Part shown: one piece after another, positions 36,181 through 45,463 of the stretch | How positions within the stretch are numbered: the stretch's first letter is position 1 | How the letters are laid out: each line of letters begins with the position of its first letter | From: Patescibacteria group bacterium UBA6241 | Lineage (GTDB): Bacteria > Patescibacteriota > Minisyncoccia > Phycocordibacterales > Phycocordibacteraceae | DNA: 47,985 nucleotides | NCBI GenBank assembly: GCA_002441425.1 | Contig: DJWB01000005.1 | Span: forward strand, 86,705-134,689 | Reading direction: 5' to 3' | The notes under the pieces: generated by a model | What the model saw: only the letters and a program-made list of their open reading frames with translations | Database searches by the model: none | Told to the model about the DNA's origin: nothing | Program-made: the position numbers and the translations under genes

Positions 36181-36499
36181 AACATTTATTTCCCATACAG
36201 TGATGAGTCGTGTACGCAGGATATATGCGATACGGAAGGCAACACCGAGCGTACTTGCGTCATCTCTTTTTGCTGTTGCTGCGCTCTGGGCAATTGGAAG
36301 GGAAGTGTGGGTTGCTCAAGTCTTTGCAAATATGCCGTCAATATTTGATATACCAGCTGTGACTAGCTTTATGACGTACGCCTTCTTTCACACTGATCTG
36401 CCTGTACAGATTTTATGTGTAGCGCTTGCTGTTGCTGCCGTTGGTTTTGTGAAAAGCTGTGTGCGTATACTCACGCCCTTTACGCATGCGTACGCTTAG
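36170..36499 (+). CDS. putative anti-sigma/membrane protein
   Basis: ATG overlaps the sigma-factor stop by 11 nt. 109 aa with two TM helices. Confidence 0.4.
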   Translation: MNDKTFISHTVMSRVRRIYAIRKATPSVLASSLFAVAALWAIGREVWVAQVFANMPSIFDIPAVTSFMTYAFFHTDLPVQILCVALAVAAVGFVKSCVRILTPFTHAYA

Positions 36500-37011
36500 C
36501 TGCTACTTAGTGCACAAATGGTGTAGCTTGTGCCGTCTGGTGCCGCACTTGGAGTAGCGGAGAATGCACATGTTTGTGGGTACCCAACAAGGAACCAGTA
36601 GAGCGTATAAGACGGACAGGAGCCGCCAGATGGCATGCACTGATACCCGTAACCCTCAAGGGTTCCACTAGGAAAGTTCTGAAGTCCACCCGCCGGCAGA
36701 GAGGGGATATAGGGGCTGAGTGCAGTGTTAAGCGCCGAGCTTGTAATCATGTTTCCGTTAACTCCACAGATTCCGTCAGCGTCATTGCCAACGCAATAGA
36801 GAACATTTGAGCCAGGGTCAGGATACTGACCGGCATGATCAAGTGCGTATAATTCAAGCGCGCTTTTGTACTCGCGAATCTGCTGGGTAACGCTGCTGTT
36901 TCTTCCCTTGGTACGGGCTTGGTTTAGTGAGGCGAGCACTACAGAAGAGAGGATGCCAATAATGGCTATCACTACCAATAGCTCAATCAGTGTAAATCCC
37001 CGATCACGCAT
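36496..37011 (-). CDS. type IV pilin (prepilin-type N-terminal cleavage/methylation domain)
   Basis: MRDRG|FTLIELLVVIAIIGILSSVVLASL class III signal peptide, Cys pairs in the C-terminal domain. Confidence 0.9.
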   Translation of the reverse strand: MRDRGFTLIELLVVIAIIGILSSVVLASLNQARTKGRNSSVTQQIREYKSALELYALDHAGQYPDPGSNVLYCVGNDADGICGVNGNMITSSALNTALSPYIPSLPAGGLQNFPSGTLEGYGYQCMPSGGSCPSYTLYWFLVGYPQTCAFSATPSAAPDGTSYTICALSSS

Positions 37012-37015
37012 GGAC

Positions 37016-38068
37016 TTATTCTGCGTTAAGACGTGCGCGAATAAGTTTTAATATGTCGTTTGCAATTGGTTTGTTCTCTCTAAGGAATGTGCGAGTTGCA
37101 TCGTATCCGCGTGCGAGGGAGATTTCTCCAAACTTATAGCTGGAACCAGATTTCTGGATGATATCAAACTTCTCGCCAAGCGCGATGAGTTCTCCTTCGC
37201 GACTGATTCCTTCGTTATACAGAAGATCAAACTCTGTTGTTTTGAATGGGGCAGCGACTTTGTTTTTTACAACTTTCACGCGCACACGTCCGCCAACGAT
37301 TTCCTCTCCTTTTTTGATTTGCGCTATGCGGCGAATATCAAGACGTACAGAAGTATAAAACTTTAGAGCTTTTCCTCCTGTCGTTGTCTCTGGGTTTCCG
37401 AACATCACACCGATCTGCATGCGGATCTGGTTGATGAAGATGATGATTGTGCTTGATTTTGCAGTGATTGCAGTAAGCTTGCGCAGGGCTTGAGACATAA
37501 GGCGTGCCTGCTTTCCCATTTGTGCAGACCCCATATCTCCTTCAATCTCATCCTTTGGAGTGAGCGCAGCTACTGAGTCAACTACAATTACATCAATGGA
37601 GTTTGCTCGTACCAATGATTCAACAATTTCAAGGGCCTGCTCGCCAGTGTCTGGCTGAGAGATAAGAAGCTCAGGCAACTTTACGCCAATCTTGCGTGCG
37701 TATTCAGGATCAAGAGCATGCTCTGCGTCTACGAAAGCACACACGCCACCTTTTTTCTGTGCCTCTGCAATTACGTGCAGTGCAAGTGTCGTCTTTCCTG
37801 AAGATTCTGGACCAAAGATTTCAATGATGCGCCCACGGGGGAGTCCTCCAATTCCTAGTGCTGCATCAAGACCAAGAGAGCCGGTTGGAATGAAATCAAT
37901 TGCCTTAGGCTTCCCAGCACCAAAAGCCATAATTGCTTCATCGCCAAACTTGGTCTGAATTTCCTTTATGGCTAGATCAATCGCTTTTTGCTTGCTGCTA
38001 GTTGAAGTCCCGGTTTCTTCAGGGGAGACCGGTTTGGAGACTTTCTTTGCTGATTTCTTTGCAGGCAT
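37016..38068 (-). CDS. recA: recombinase RecA
   Basis: [36 protein letters not shown] Walker [23 protein letters not shown]. Confidence 0.97.
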   Translation of the reverse strand: MPAKKSAKKVSKPVSPEETGTSTSSKQKAIDLAIKEIQTKFGDEAIMAFGAGKPKAIDFIPTGSLGLDAALGIGGLPRGRIIEIFGPESSGKTTLALHVIAEAQKKGGVCAFVDAEHALDPEYARKIGVKLPELLISQPDTGEQALEIVESLVRANSIDVIVVDSVAALTPKDEIEGDMGSAQMGKQARLMSQALRKLTAITAKSSTIIIFINQIRMQIGVMFGNPETTTGGKALKFYTSVRLDIRRIAQIKKGEEIVGGRVRVKVVKNKVAAPFKTTEFDLLYNEGISREGELIALGEKFDIIQKSGSSYKFGEISLARGYDATRTFLRENKPIANDILKLIRARLNAE

Positions 38069-38079
38069 ACGGGTATGAA

Positions 38080-38406
38080 TTAGGGGACAAATACGGTGCG
38101 ACGCTCGGTTATTTCATGTCCAAACCGGTCGGTCGCCGTTAGAGATAGTATAGCGTTTCCTTGCGGAAGTACGAGTGATGTTGAGAACTCTCCAGACTCA
38201 TCTATGAGAAGCGGTGCTCCATTGAGCCAGAGATTTTCAGTATGGTGCGCCCGCCCTGCAATTGAGAGATTCCCATCACTCAAAGCTATGTGATCAGCAG
38301 GGGAGGTAAGAGAGAGTGAAGGCCCCGCTACCAAAGGCCATGCTCTCGTGGCGCCATACCCAAGAAGCACAACGAGGATAAGAGCAATAAGAGAGCGAGA
38401 AAGCAT
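38080..38406 (-). CDS. hypothetical exported protein (Ig-like)
   Basis: Signal/TM helix, then a beta-rich ~80-aa domain. Sits between ftsK and recA. Confidence 0.45.
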   Translation of the reverse strand: MLSRSLIALILVVLLGYGATRAWPLVAGPSLSLTSPADHIALSDGNLSIAGRAHHTENLWLNGAPLLIDESGEFSTSLVLPQGNAILSLTATDRFGHEITERRTVFVP

Positions 38407-38414
38407 ATAGCTGA

Positions 38415-40577
38415 TTAAGTATCTTCCTCGTCGTCAGTATCAGTGCCTCCTGAAGCGCCACTAATAACTTCTCGGGGGCGTGAGCCGTCTGCGGGGCCTA
38501 TAACACCTTTCTCCTCAAGGATATCCATGAGACGTGCGGCACGTGAGTAGCCAATACGAAGCTTTCTCTGCAGGTAGGAAGTAGAGGCGCGCCCAGCTTC
38601 TTCAACAGCTTCTCGTGCGGCACCGTAGAGATCATCATCAGCGTCTTCATCATCTCCAGCGAGCATGATTGCATCGTTAGTTTCATGGACTCCTGTTCCG
38701 TTTGTGCCAGCCCCAAGATCAATTGAAGAGAGGGAACCGGAGTTGTGTTGCTTGATGTACGCGACCACCTTCTTAACCTCCTGCTCGCTAATGTAGGCAG
38801 TCTGGAGACGTACAGGCTTCTGCATGTCTGCAGACTGGTACAACATGTCTCCTGCACCAAGAAGAAGCTCAGCGCCCCCTGAATCAAGGATCGTGCGTGA
38901 ATCAATCTGGCTAGATACTTGAAGTGCCATGCGCGTAGGCACGTTCGCCTTAATAAGGCCCGTGATCACGTTTACGGAAGGGCGCTGTGTAGAGAGGATG
39001 AGGTGGATACCAACTGCACGAGACATTTGAGCGAGACGGACAATAGCGCTCTCAAGCTCTCTCGGGTATGTCTGCATGATGTCAGCAAGCTCATCAATCA
39101 CGATAACGATGTAGGGCATCGCCTCAGGCATCTCCTTGGCCTTTCGTTTCTTTGCAGGCTCTACGATGGTGTTGTGATAGGACTCAATATCGCGCACCTG
39201 AACCTCTTCAAGAATATTGTAGCGGCGGTCCATTTCCTTTGCTGCCCACTTAAGCGCAAAGATACATTTCTTAGGATCTGTGATAACTGGAGTGAGCAAG
39301 TGGGGGATACCGTTATATAGAGTGAGCTCTACACGCTTTGGATCAACCATGATGAAGCGCATCTGGTTAGGGCCGTTACGATAGAGAAGGGAGGTAATAA
39401 CTGCATGTATAGCTACAGACTTTCCAGAACCAGTTGCTCCGGCAATGAGTCCGTGCGGCATCTTTGCAGTATTTACGTAGTGAGGAGTTCCGGTGATATC
39501 ACGACCCACTGCAGCGAGTAGAGGCTTCTTGCTCGCGTTCCACTCAGGAGCACCAATAACTCCACCCAAGCCTACGGTTGCCTTTGAAGCATTAGGAACT
39601 TCAATTCCAACTAGAGATTTCCCTGGAATAGGAGCCTCTATGCGAACAGGGTGCGCCGCGAGTGCGAGTTCCAAGTTGTTCTGAAGACCTACGATCTTAT
39701 TAAGACGAACACCTTCAGCAGGCTTTATGGCGTAGCGAGTAACGGTTGGTCCTACAGATATTTCGTCCATCTCTACGGAGATACCGAAGTTCTGGAATGT
39801 TCGCTTAATAATATTTGCGTTTGCCTTAATGTCGCCGACTCCTGGCTTGCCTTTGTCTTCCCCCAGAAGAGAGAGTGGGGGAGCCTGGTACTCAGCATCA
39901 ATATTAGGGATAGGCTCACTGCTTGGGGCAGTGTTCTCTCTGTTGAACATAGTTATGACAGGCTCAGCTTCAGGAGCAGGTGCCTCTTCCTCTTCTTCCT
40001 CGTCCTCTGTCTCTTCTGCATCTTCCTCCTCGTCTTCCTCTTCTTCATCACGTTCTTTGCGTGCGGGAAGGGAAGGAAGCTTTATAGAAGAAGCCAGAGT
40101 CCCTGTCTTTTCAAAGAACCCAGCAAGCGCTTTTGAAAGCACTACGATATCAATGGCGATGACAACACCGATAGCAGCTACAGCAATTAGGAGAACTAGT
40201 GCAGCTGGACCGAAGAACTCAGAGGCGGCTGCTCCAAGTGCTGCACCCGCTGCACCTCCGAGTGCCTGCGTGGTGATCCCAAGAAGGGTGAGTATTGAAA
40301 GAAGGATTAGGAGGATACCTATAGCAGTGAGGGGTGATACAAATGTTCTCTCAAGCATGACTGCGAGGCCTACACCAACTAGGAGGAGCGGCAAGAGAAG
40401 TGAGGCGACACCAAATACTCCAAAGCCGAAGGTGAAGAGTGCGGTACCAGCAAGCCCTGCAAGCCCAAAAGCAGCAAGTCCGAAGATTCCCCCAAACGCT
40501 ATAAGCACGATGCCCGTCGTCCATTTGGCGAGGGCTCTGTAGTTGTCTTGGTTGCGGCGCTTTTTGCGCTTTTTCAT
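38415..40577 (-). CDS. ftsK: DNA translocase FtsK/SpoIIIE
   Basis: N-terminal TM helices, acidic poly-E/D linker, GATGSGKSV Walker A, VIVIDELADI Walker B, C-terminal gamma wHTH (YLQRKLRIGYSRAARLMD). Confidence 0.95.
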   Translation of the reverse strand: MKKRKKRRNQDNYRALAKWTTGIVLIAFGGIFGLAAFGLAGLAGTALFTFGFGVFGVASLLLPLLLVGVGLAVMLERTFVSPLTAIGILLILLSILTLLGITTQALGGAAGAALGAAASEFFGPAALVLLIAVAAIGVVIAIDIVVLSKALAGFFEKTGTLASSIKLPSLPARKERDEEEEDEEEDAEETEDEEEEEEAPAPEAEPVITMFNRENTAPSSEPIPNIDAEYQAPPLSLLGEDKGKPGVGDIKANANIIKRTFQNFGISVEMDEISVGPTVTRYAIKPAEGVRLNKIVGLQNNLELALAAHPVRIEAPIPGKSLVGIEVPNASKATVGLGGVIGAPEWNASKKPLLAAVGRDITGTPHYVNTAKMPHGLIAGATGSGKSVAIHAVITSLLYRNGPNQMRFIMVDPKRVELTLYNGIPHLLTPVITDPKKCIFALKWAAKEMDRRYNILEEVQVRDIESYHNTIVEPAKKRKAKEMPEAMPYIVIVIDELADIMQTYPRELESAIVRLAQMSRAVGIHLILSTQRPSVNVITGLIKANVPTRMALQVSSQIDSRTILDSGGAELLLGAGDMLYQSADMQKPVRLQTAYISEQEVKKVVAYIKQHNSGSLSSIDLGAGTNGTGVHETNDAIMLAGDDEDADDDLYGAAREAVEEAGRASTSYLQRKLRIGYSRAARLMDILEEKGVIGPADGSRPREVISGASGGTDTDDEEDT

Positions 40578-40639
40578 AAAGCCATTCTAACACCTGTGCT
40601 GCATAACAAGCGTAATAGCTTAAAGGAGATTTTAAGTGG

Positions 40640-41500
40640 TTGCAGATGATAGATATCGGACATATACTTGTCCTTAAAGGCATGAAGGACACAGGAAATA
40701 ATAAAGGACAAATACAAAACAGTATCTCCAGAAAAGGAGGGGATATAAGTAACTTTGTCCTTGATAAAGCTATATTCTCAAATGTTTTTGAAAGAGACAT
40801 TCGCCGCGTGTATCTGTACAAAAAGGCCGAGCGCCTCGCAAAGGCGATACACTTAGTCGGACCCGCATTCGCAAATTCCGCCGCGCTGAAGGATCGTCTT
40901 GATCGCATTTCAATCGCACTTGTTGACGCTGCTATTCTTCCTCCTGCAGCTTCTAAAGAAGCTCTCTCACGAGAGCTTCTTGCACTTTCAAGCATCCTTT
41001 CTGTTGTGAGAACTGGAGGAGTGCTATCTGCAATGAACGCAGATTTAATTGCACATGAGGCGCATGTACTCCTGCAAGAAGTTGCGGGGTATGAGGAGCC
41101 AAGACTGCTCTTGGAAGAAGTTCCAAGTCTTGCGTCACTCGCGAAGTCAGCAAGTGGAATGAGTACTGCGCAAGCAGGAGCACCACTACGCTCTGTTGCC
41201 AGAATTACCTTTGATGAGGACCTTGGGGTAGAGGAGGCTAAAGGACAGAGTAAAGGACATATATCGGACAAGAGTAGGACAACACCACAGCCTCAAAAAG
41301 TATCTGCACGGCGCGAAGCTATACTAGCCGTCCTTAAAAGCAAGGGCCCTTCCTATATAAAGGATATTTCAATGGTTATTCGTGACGTAAGTGAGAAGAC
41401 TATTCAGCGAGAGCTCTCCCTGCTTGTGTCCGATGGAGTAGTGGTTAGGAAAGGGGATCGTAGATGGACCACGTATGAGCTTTCGGATAGCGGGAAGTAA
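40640..41500 (+). CDS. hypothetical protein with C-terminal winged-helix (DeoR-like) domain
   Basis: C-terminus RREAILAVLKSKGPSYIKDISMVIRDVSEKTIQRELSLLVSDGVVVRKG. The start codon is uncertain. Confidence 0.45.
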   Translation: MQMIDIGHILVLKGMKDTGNNKGQIQNSISRKGGDISNFVLDKAIFSNVFERDIRRVYLYKKAERLAKAIHLVGPAFANSAALKDRLDRISIALVDAAILPPAASKEALSRELLALSSILSVVRTGGVLSAMNADLIAHEAHVLLQEVAGYEEPRLLLEEVPSLASLAKSASGMSTAQAGAPLRSVARITFDEDLGVEEAKGQSKGHISDKSRTTPQPQKVSARREAILAVLKSKGPSYIKDISMVIRDVSEKTIQRELSLLVSDGVVVRKGDRRWTTYELSDSGK

Positions 41501-41504
41501 TACA

Positions 41505-41533
41505 TTGACTTTTGGCCGTATACGGCTTACAAT
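41505..41533 (+). promoter_or_regulatory. sigma70-type promoter with a 12-bp palindrome in the spacer
   Basis: TTGACT, 17-nt spacer, TACAAT. The spacer contains the perfect palindrome GCCGTATACGGC (41515-41526). Confidence 0.5.
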
Positions 41534-41571
41534 CTTTGGGTGGTGAACTCTGGGGACAGAATCATATAAAC

Positions 41572-41597
41572 GGCCGGAAACGGCCTGTTTTGCGTTT
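41572..41597 (+). terminator. short GC hairpin plus T-tract about 35 nt downstream of the promoter
   Basis: GGCCG-gaaa-CGGCC followed by TGTTTTGCGTTT. Confidence 0.4.
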
Positions 41598-42060
41598 AGT
41601 TGCTAGAGGTTATCCACATTCGTTTTCAGCGTTTACACCAGATTGTTTCTGTATACTGTGTATACACCCGGCTCTCATAGGAATGAGGCCGGGAATTCCG
41701 AAACGACCTGTGCGTATTCCTGTTACGGAAGGGGTCCTTTGAAAAAAGAATAAGGATTCAAGAACCACGGCGTAAGAACCCGTGGGTCTACCCGTCTTCA
41801 TTAAGAGACGGCTCTGAAACGAATGTATTTGATAGAACACGGATGAACGCCGAATGAAAAGAACCTTTACCAGCTAGCCGATGGGACGCGTGTCGATAGC
41901 GCGCCCTGTCGGATAGTGTGAAATATGAAATAACTCACTCCCTTCCTCTCGGGGAGGGGAGGGATTACTAAAAGAGAGATAGGGTACGTGTGCACCGCGC
42001 CTTCCTTTATAAGTAGAACGCGGCGGATGCGTACTTCACTTAACTAAGCAAAGCATTACC

Positions 42061-43956
42061 ATGCAAATTGCAACAACAAACACAATCGCGAAGATTGCTG
42101 CTGTACTTGCAGGACTTGGCCTCGTTGCTTCAACTTTCGCAGCATTTGCTCCAGCAGCAAACGCTCAGAGTTCAACTTCGTCAGCTGACCTACAGGCTCA
42201 GATCAACGCTCTTCTCGCACAGATTGCAGCTCTTCAGGCTAACACCGGAACATCTGCATCTGTATCTTTTGATCGCGACCTTACCATGGGCTCAACAGGA
42301 GCTGATGTAACCGCGCTTCAGAATTGGCTTATCAGCAAGGGCTTCACCATCGCAGCTGGCGCTACCGGATACTTCGGTGCACAGACGAAGGCAGCTCTTG
42401 GTGCCTACCAGGCATCAGTTAGCATCAGCCCTGCATCTGGATACTTTGGCCCGATCACTCGCGCTAAGGTAAACGCTTCTGCAGGAACTGGTGGCACTGG
42501 CACTGGAACAGGAACTGGCTCTGGTAACGGAGACAGCCTTTCTGGAGGCGAGGCAAGTCTTACCGACTACAACTTCCGTTCTGAGGATGGAAGTGGTGAC
42601 GAGGGTGAGAACGGAGTTGATATCGCAACTGCAGAGTTCGATGTTGACGACGGCGACGCTCGTGTAGAGCGTGTAAAGCTTACCTTTGTTGCTTCAAACG
42701 CAAGCCTTGAGGATCGCCCTTGGAAGTACTTTGATTCAATCGAAGTATCTGCAAACGGTGATAAGCTCGGCGACGTTGACGCGTCTGATAAGGATGAGTG
42801 GGATGAGACTACAAGTGGTTCTGACATTTATGTCCTAACCATGACTGGTCTTGACTACGTAGTTGAGGAAGGCGACACTGCTGAACTTTTGTTCACAGCT
42901 GACGTCGCAGACAGCATTGATGCTGCTGACCTTGACCAGACCTTCTTAGTTTACGTTGATAACAACGGCATCCGCGCTGTTGACGGCGAAGGAATTCAGC
43001 AGTACATCGGTCAGGATACTGACACGGTTACTTTTGGCTTCGGCGCTGAAGACAACGGAGACCTAACCATCAAGTCAAACAACAGTGATCCTGACGCATC
43101 TATCCTCGTTGGTGATGCAGATGACACTTCTGCTGACTACGATGTATTCGTATTTGACATCGACAACAGTTCTGATGCAGATGCGATCATCAATGATATC
43201 GAGATCGGTGTAACTACTGGTACCGGTACATCAGCTCTCAACATCATCCGCGACGCAACTCTTACAGTTGACGGGGATGACTTTGACGGCGACATTGCTT
43301 CAACAACTATTACCTTCGACGACATGGATCTTCAGGTCGCTGGAGACGAGCGTGTTGAGGCAGTACTTAGCATCACCCTTAAGAGAAGCCCAGTTGAGAC
43401 CACACTCGTCTTTGACGTAGTTGGATCAACTGATGTTGACGCTGAGGGTGCTGATTCAGGAGACAACTCAGCAGTATCTGGTTCACAGACCAGTTCTACT
43501 CACACGGTAGCCCTTGAGGGTATCGCAGTAGAGCCAGTTTCAACTAGCCAGTCTGTTGTAACTCCTGGTTCTGATGCTACTGCAACCTACGGTACTTACA
43601 CGATTAAGTTCGATGTAACTGCTATTGAGGACGATGCATACATTGCAACGACAACCTCAACAACAGGTACTGTTGGTGTGACTTACGCAATTGATGGAAC
43701 TACCTACACAGGTACAACCACTGCATTGCTTACTTCATCTGCAGACACAGACACTGGTTACTACGTAGTTGGCGAGGGAGATACTGAGGAGTTCACACTC
43801 ACAGTTACTCTTGACCCAGCGAGTGCAGGTACATTTGAGGTAGATCTTTCATCGATCCGCTTCAACAATGCTGCCTCATTCACTGGTGCATCAACTCTCA
43901 CGATTGACACAAACAACAGTGATTACCAGACTGACCCAATCTACATCGCTAACTAA
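42061..43956 (+). CDS. secreted peptidoglycan-binding-domain protein with long acidic D/T/G-rich region (surface-layer candidate)
   Basis: Signal peptide ending ANA|Q, PG_binding_1-like motif GSTGADVTALQNWLISKGF...GYFGAQTKAALGAYQ, (TG)n linker, then ~460 aa rich in D, T and V. Confidence 0.65.
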   Translation: MQIATTNTIAKIAAVLAGLGLVASTFAAFAPAANAQSSTSSADLQAQINALLAQIAALQANTGTSASVSFDRDLTMGSTGADVTALQNWLISKGFTIAAGATGYFGAQTKAALGAYQASVSISPASGYFGPITRAKVNASAGTGGTGTGTGTGSGNGDSLSGGEASLTDYNFRSEDGSGDEGENGVDIATAEFDVDDGDARVERVKLTFVASNASLEDRPWKYFDSIEVSANGDKLGDVDASDKDEWDETTSGSDIYVLTMTGLDYVVEEGDTAELLFTADVADSIDAADLDQTFLVYVDNNGIRAVDGEGIQQYIGQDTDTVTFGFGAEDNGDLTIKSNNSDPDASILVGDADDTSADYDVFVFDIDNSSDADAIINDIEIGVTTGTGTSALNIIRDATLTVDGDDFDGDIASTTITFDDMDLQVAGDERVEAVLSITLKRSPVETTLVFDVVGSTDVDAEGADSGDNSAVSGSQTSSTHTVALEGIAVEPVSTSQSVVTPGSDATATYGTYTIKFDVTAIEDDAYIATTTSTTGTVGVTYAIDGTTYTGTTTALLTSSADTDTGYYVVGEGDTEEFTLTVTLDPASAGTFEVDLSSIRFNNAASFTGASTLTIDTNNSDYQTDPIYIAN

Positions 43957-44034
43957 TGGACTCTCTGAGATACGTCTCGGATAACCAAAAGAAAGTGACG
44001 TAGACTGCAAAGTCTCGTAAATGCAAAAACCCCA

Positions 44035-44066
44035 CGGTACGCCGTGGGGTTTTTGCTATACTTGGG
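44035..44066 (+). terminator. intrinsic terminator
   Basis: CCCCACGG-tacg-CCGTGGGG flanked by an A-run and a T-run. Confidence 0.8.
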
Positions 44067-44074
44067 GAAGCACT

Positions 44075-44176
44075 ATGGAGTACTTCTTTCACTTCCTAAA
44101 GTTTCTTGGTGTTTTCGCGCTTATAATTGCTGGCTCGCTCTCGCTCCTGCAGGTTGTCTCAGGCGGCACCTTTTAA
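44075..44176 (+). CDS. possible 33-aa hydrophobic small protein upstream of rplJ
   Basis: MEYFFHFLKFLGVFALIIAGSLSLLQVVSGGTF, with GGGGAAG 6 nt before the ATG. Below the ORF-track cutoff. Confidence 0.25.
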   Translation: MEYFFHFLKFLGVFALIIAGSLSLLQVVSGGTF

Positions 44177-44350
44177 ACAATTGCGCCCCTCAGGCTCTTA
44201 AGGTACAGTGCCCAGGTACGGACCGAAGACAGCAGGCATTATATAAGCCCTGCCGAGGGACACTTCGCAAACAGCTTGTTTGCGGGTCGATCGTCTCCAC
44301 AGGTCCTGCCTACAGCAGGGCCGTTCTCGTTTCCGTACACACACAACATC
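44177..44350 (+). promoter_or_regulatory. structured rplJ leader (possible L10-leader-type autoregulatory element)
   Basis: Several GC helices (GCAGGC...GCCCTGC, GTCCTGC-ctaca-GCAGGGC then a T-rich run) directly before rplJ. The call rests on position and foldability only. Confidence 0.3.
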
Positions 44351-44845
44351 ATGGCAATAACCAAAGCAAAGAAAGAGGAAGTAGTGGCTAAAGTCGCTGA
44401 CTCAATCAAGAATGCTGCATCAGTAGTATTTGTACGTTTCCGCGGTCTAACCGTGGCAGACACAAGTGCGATGCGACGTTCTTTGCGTGAGCAGGGCATT
44501 GGGTACTATGTCGCTAAGAAGTCTCTTATGCGCCGCGCCTTTGCGGACAAGGGATACACAGGAACACTTCCTGAGCTTCCTGGAGAGATAGCGATTGCGT
44601 GGAGTGAGGGGGATTCAACCGCACCAGCACGTGAGATTTACGAGCATGGCAAGAAGCACAAAGACTCGCTCACTATTGTGGGAGGAATCTTTGATGGCGC
44701 TTTTGCTGACGCAGTAGCGATGAATGCTATTGCGACTATTCCGCCAGTACCTGTACTACGCGGTATGTTCGTAAACGTCATTAACAGCCCGATTCAGGGA
44801 CTTGTTATTGCGCTAGATCAGATTCGTGAAAAGAAGGCTGCATAA
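44351..44845 (+). CDS. rplJ: ribosomal protein L10
   Basis: Start moved to MAITKAKKEEVVAKVADSIKNAASVVFVRFRGLTVAD. Confidence 0.9.
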   Translation: MAITKAKKEEVVAKVADSIKNAASVVFVRFRGLTVADTSAMRRSLREQGIGYYVAKKSLMRRAFADKGYTGTLPELPGEIAIAWSEGDSTAPAREIYEHGKKHKDSLTIVGGIFDGAFADAVAMNAIATIPPVPVLRGMFVNVINSPIQGLVIALDQIREKKAA

Positions 44846-44872
44846 GCCAATTACTAAAACTAGATTCATACT

Positions 44873-45355
44873 ATGGCAGACGAAACACAGCAGGACGCAG
44901 TAGAAGAGACTGCCGCTCCAGTAGAAGAGACCAAGGAAGAGGCGGCACCCGCAGCTCCTGAGGTATCTGAGGAGGCAGCAGTAGAAGTTCCTGAGAAGTT
45001 CAAGAAGATTGTCTCTGAGATTGAGGAGATGACCGTTTTGGAACTCTCTGAGCTTGTGAAGGTATTTGAGAAGAAGTTCGGCGTTTCAGCAGCAGCAGTA
45101 GCTGTAGCTGGGCCTGCAGCAGCAGGAGCCGCTGATGAGGGCAAGAGCACAATGAACGTTGAGCTCACCGATGCCGGAGCGAACAAGATCCAGGTGATCA
45201 AGGTCGTGAAGGAAGTACTCGGACTTGGCCTCAAGGAGGCTAAGGACCTTGTGGACGGAGTTCCTTCAATGCTTAAGGAGAACCTTGGCAAGGAGGATGC
45301 AGACGCCCTTAAGGCAAAGGTTGAGGAGGCTGGAGGAAAGGTTGCGTTTAAGTAA
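44873..45355 (+). CDS. rplL: ribosomal protein L7/L12 with ~40-aa acidic N-terminal extension
   Basis: ...[19 protein letters not shown]...[28 protein letters not shown]...EAGGKV. No in-frame canonical start lies closer to the conserved NTD. Confidence 0.9.
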   Translation: MADETQQDAVEETAAPVEETKEEAAPAAPEVSEEAAVEVPEKFKKIVSEIEEMTVLELSELVKVFEKKFGVSAAAVAVAGPAAAGAADEGKSTMNVELTDAGANKIQVIKVVKEVLGLGLKEAKDLVDGVPSMLKENLGKEDADALKAKVEEAGGKVAFK

Positions 45356-45370
45356 TCGCTTTCGTTCTTC

Positions 45371-45408
45371 AATACAAAAACACCCGCAATTGCGGGTGTT
45401 TTTGTATT
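45371..45408 (+). terminator. intrinsic terminator after rplL
   Basis: Perfect palindrome AATACAAAAACACCCGCAA/TTGCGGGTGTTTTTGTATT. Confidence 0.85.
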
Positions 45409-45463
45409 GATTAGTCAAGAGTTGCAGAGAAGGGGAGCCAATGGGTACAATGCCCTCACTTCC

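Noticed and set aside
39829-41271. 237-aa plus-strand and 306-aa minus-strand ORFs overlapping ftsK and the following gene
   Set aside because: They are Ser/Ala/Pro-rich shadows generated by the poly-Glu (GAA/GAG) linker and GC-rich coding sequence on the other strand. The FtsK assignment is unambiguous.
41501-42060. Possibility that the long intergenic region encodes RNase P RNA, tmRNA, SRP RNA or 6S RNA
   Set aside because: I could not find the universal blocks on either strand: GAGGAAAGTCCGGGC and ACAGAACCCGGCTTA for RNase P, a tRNA-like GGGG... 5' end with a TTCGA T-arm 3' end for tmRNA, or GGAAGCAGCC for SRP. It is kept only as an unclassified structured region.
42481-42530. Short tandem repeat GGCACTGGCACTGGAACAGGAACTGGC, considered as a CRISPR or VNTR-like array
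   Set aside because: It is in frame inside the surface protein gene and encodes a (Thr-Gly)n linker. There is no spacer/repeat organisation and no cas genes. I saw no CRISPR array anywhere in the window.
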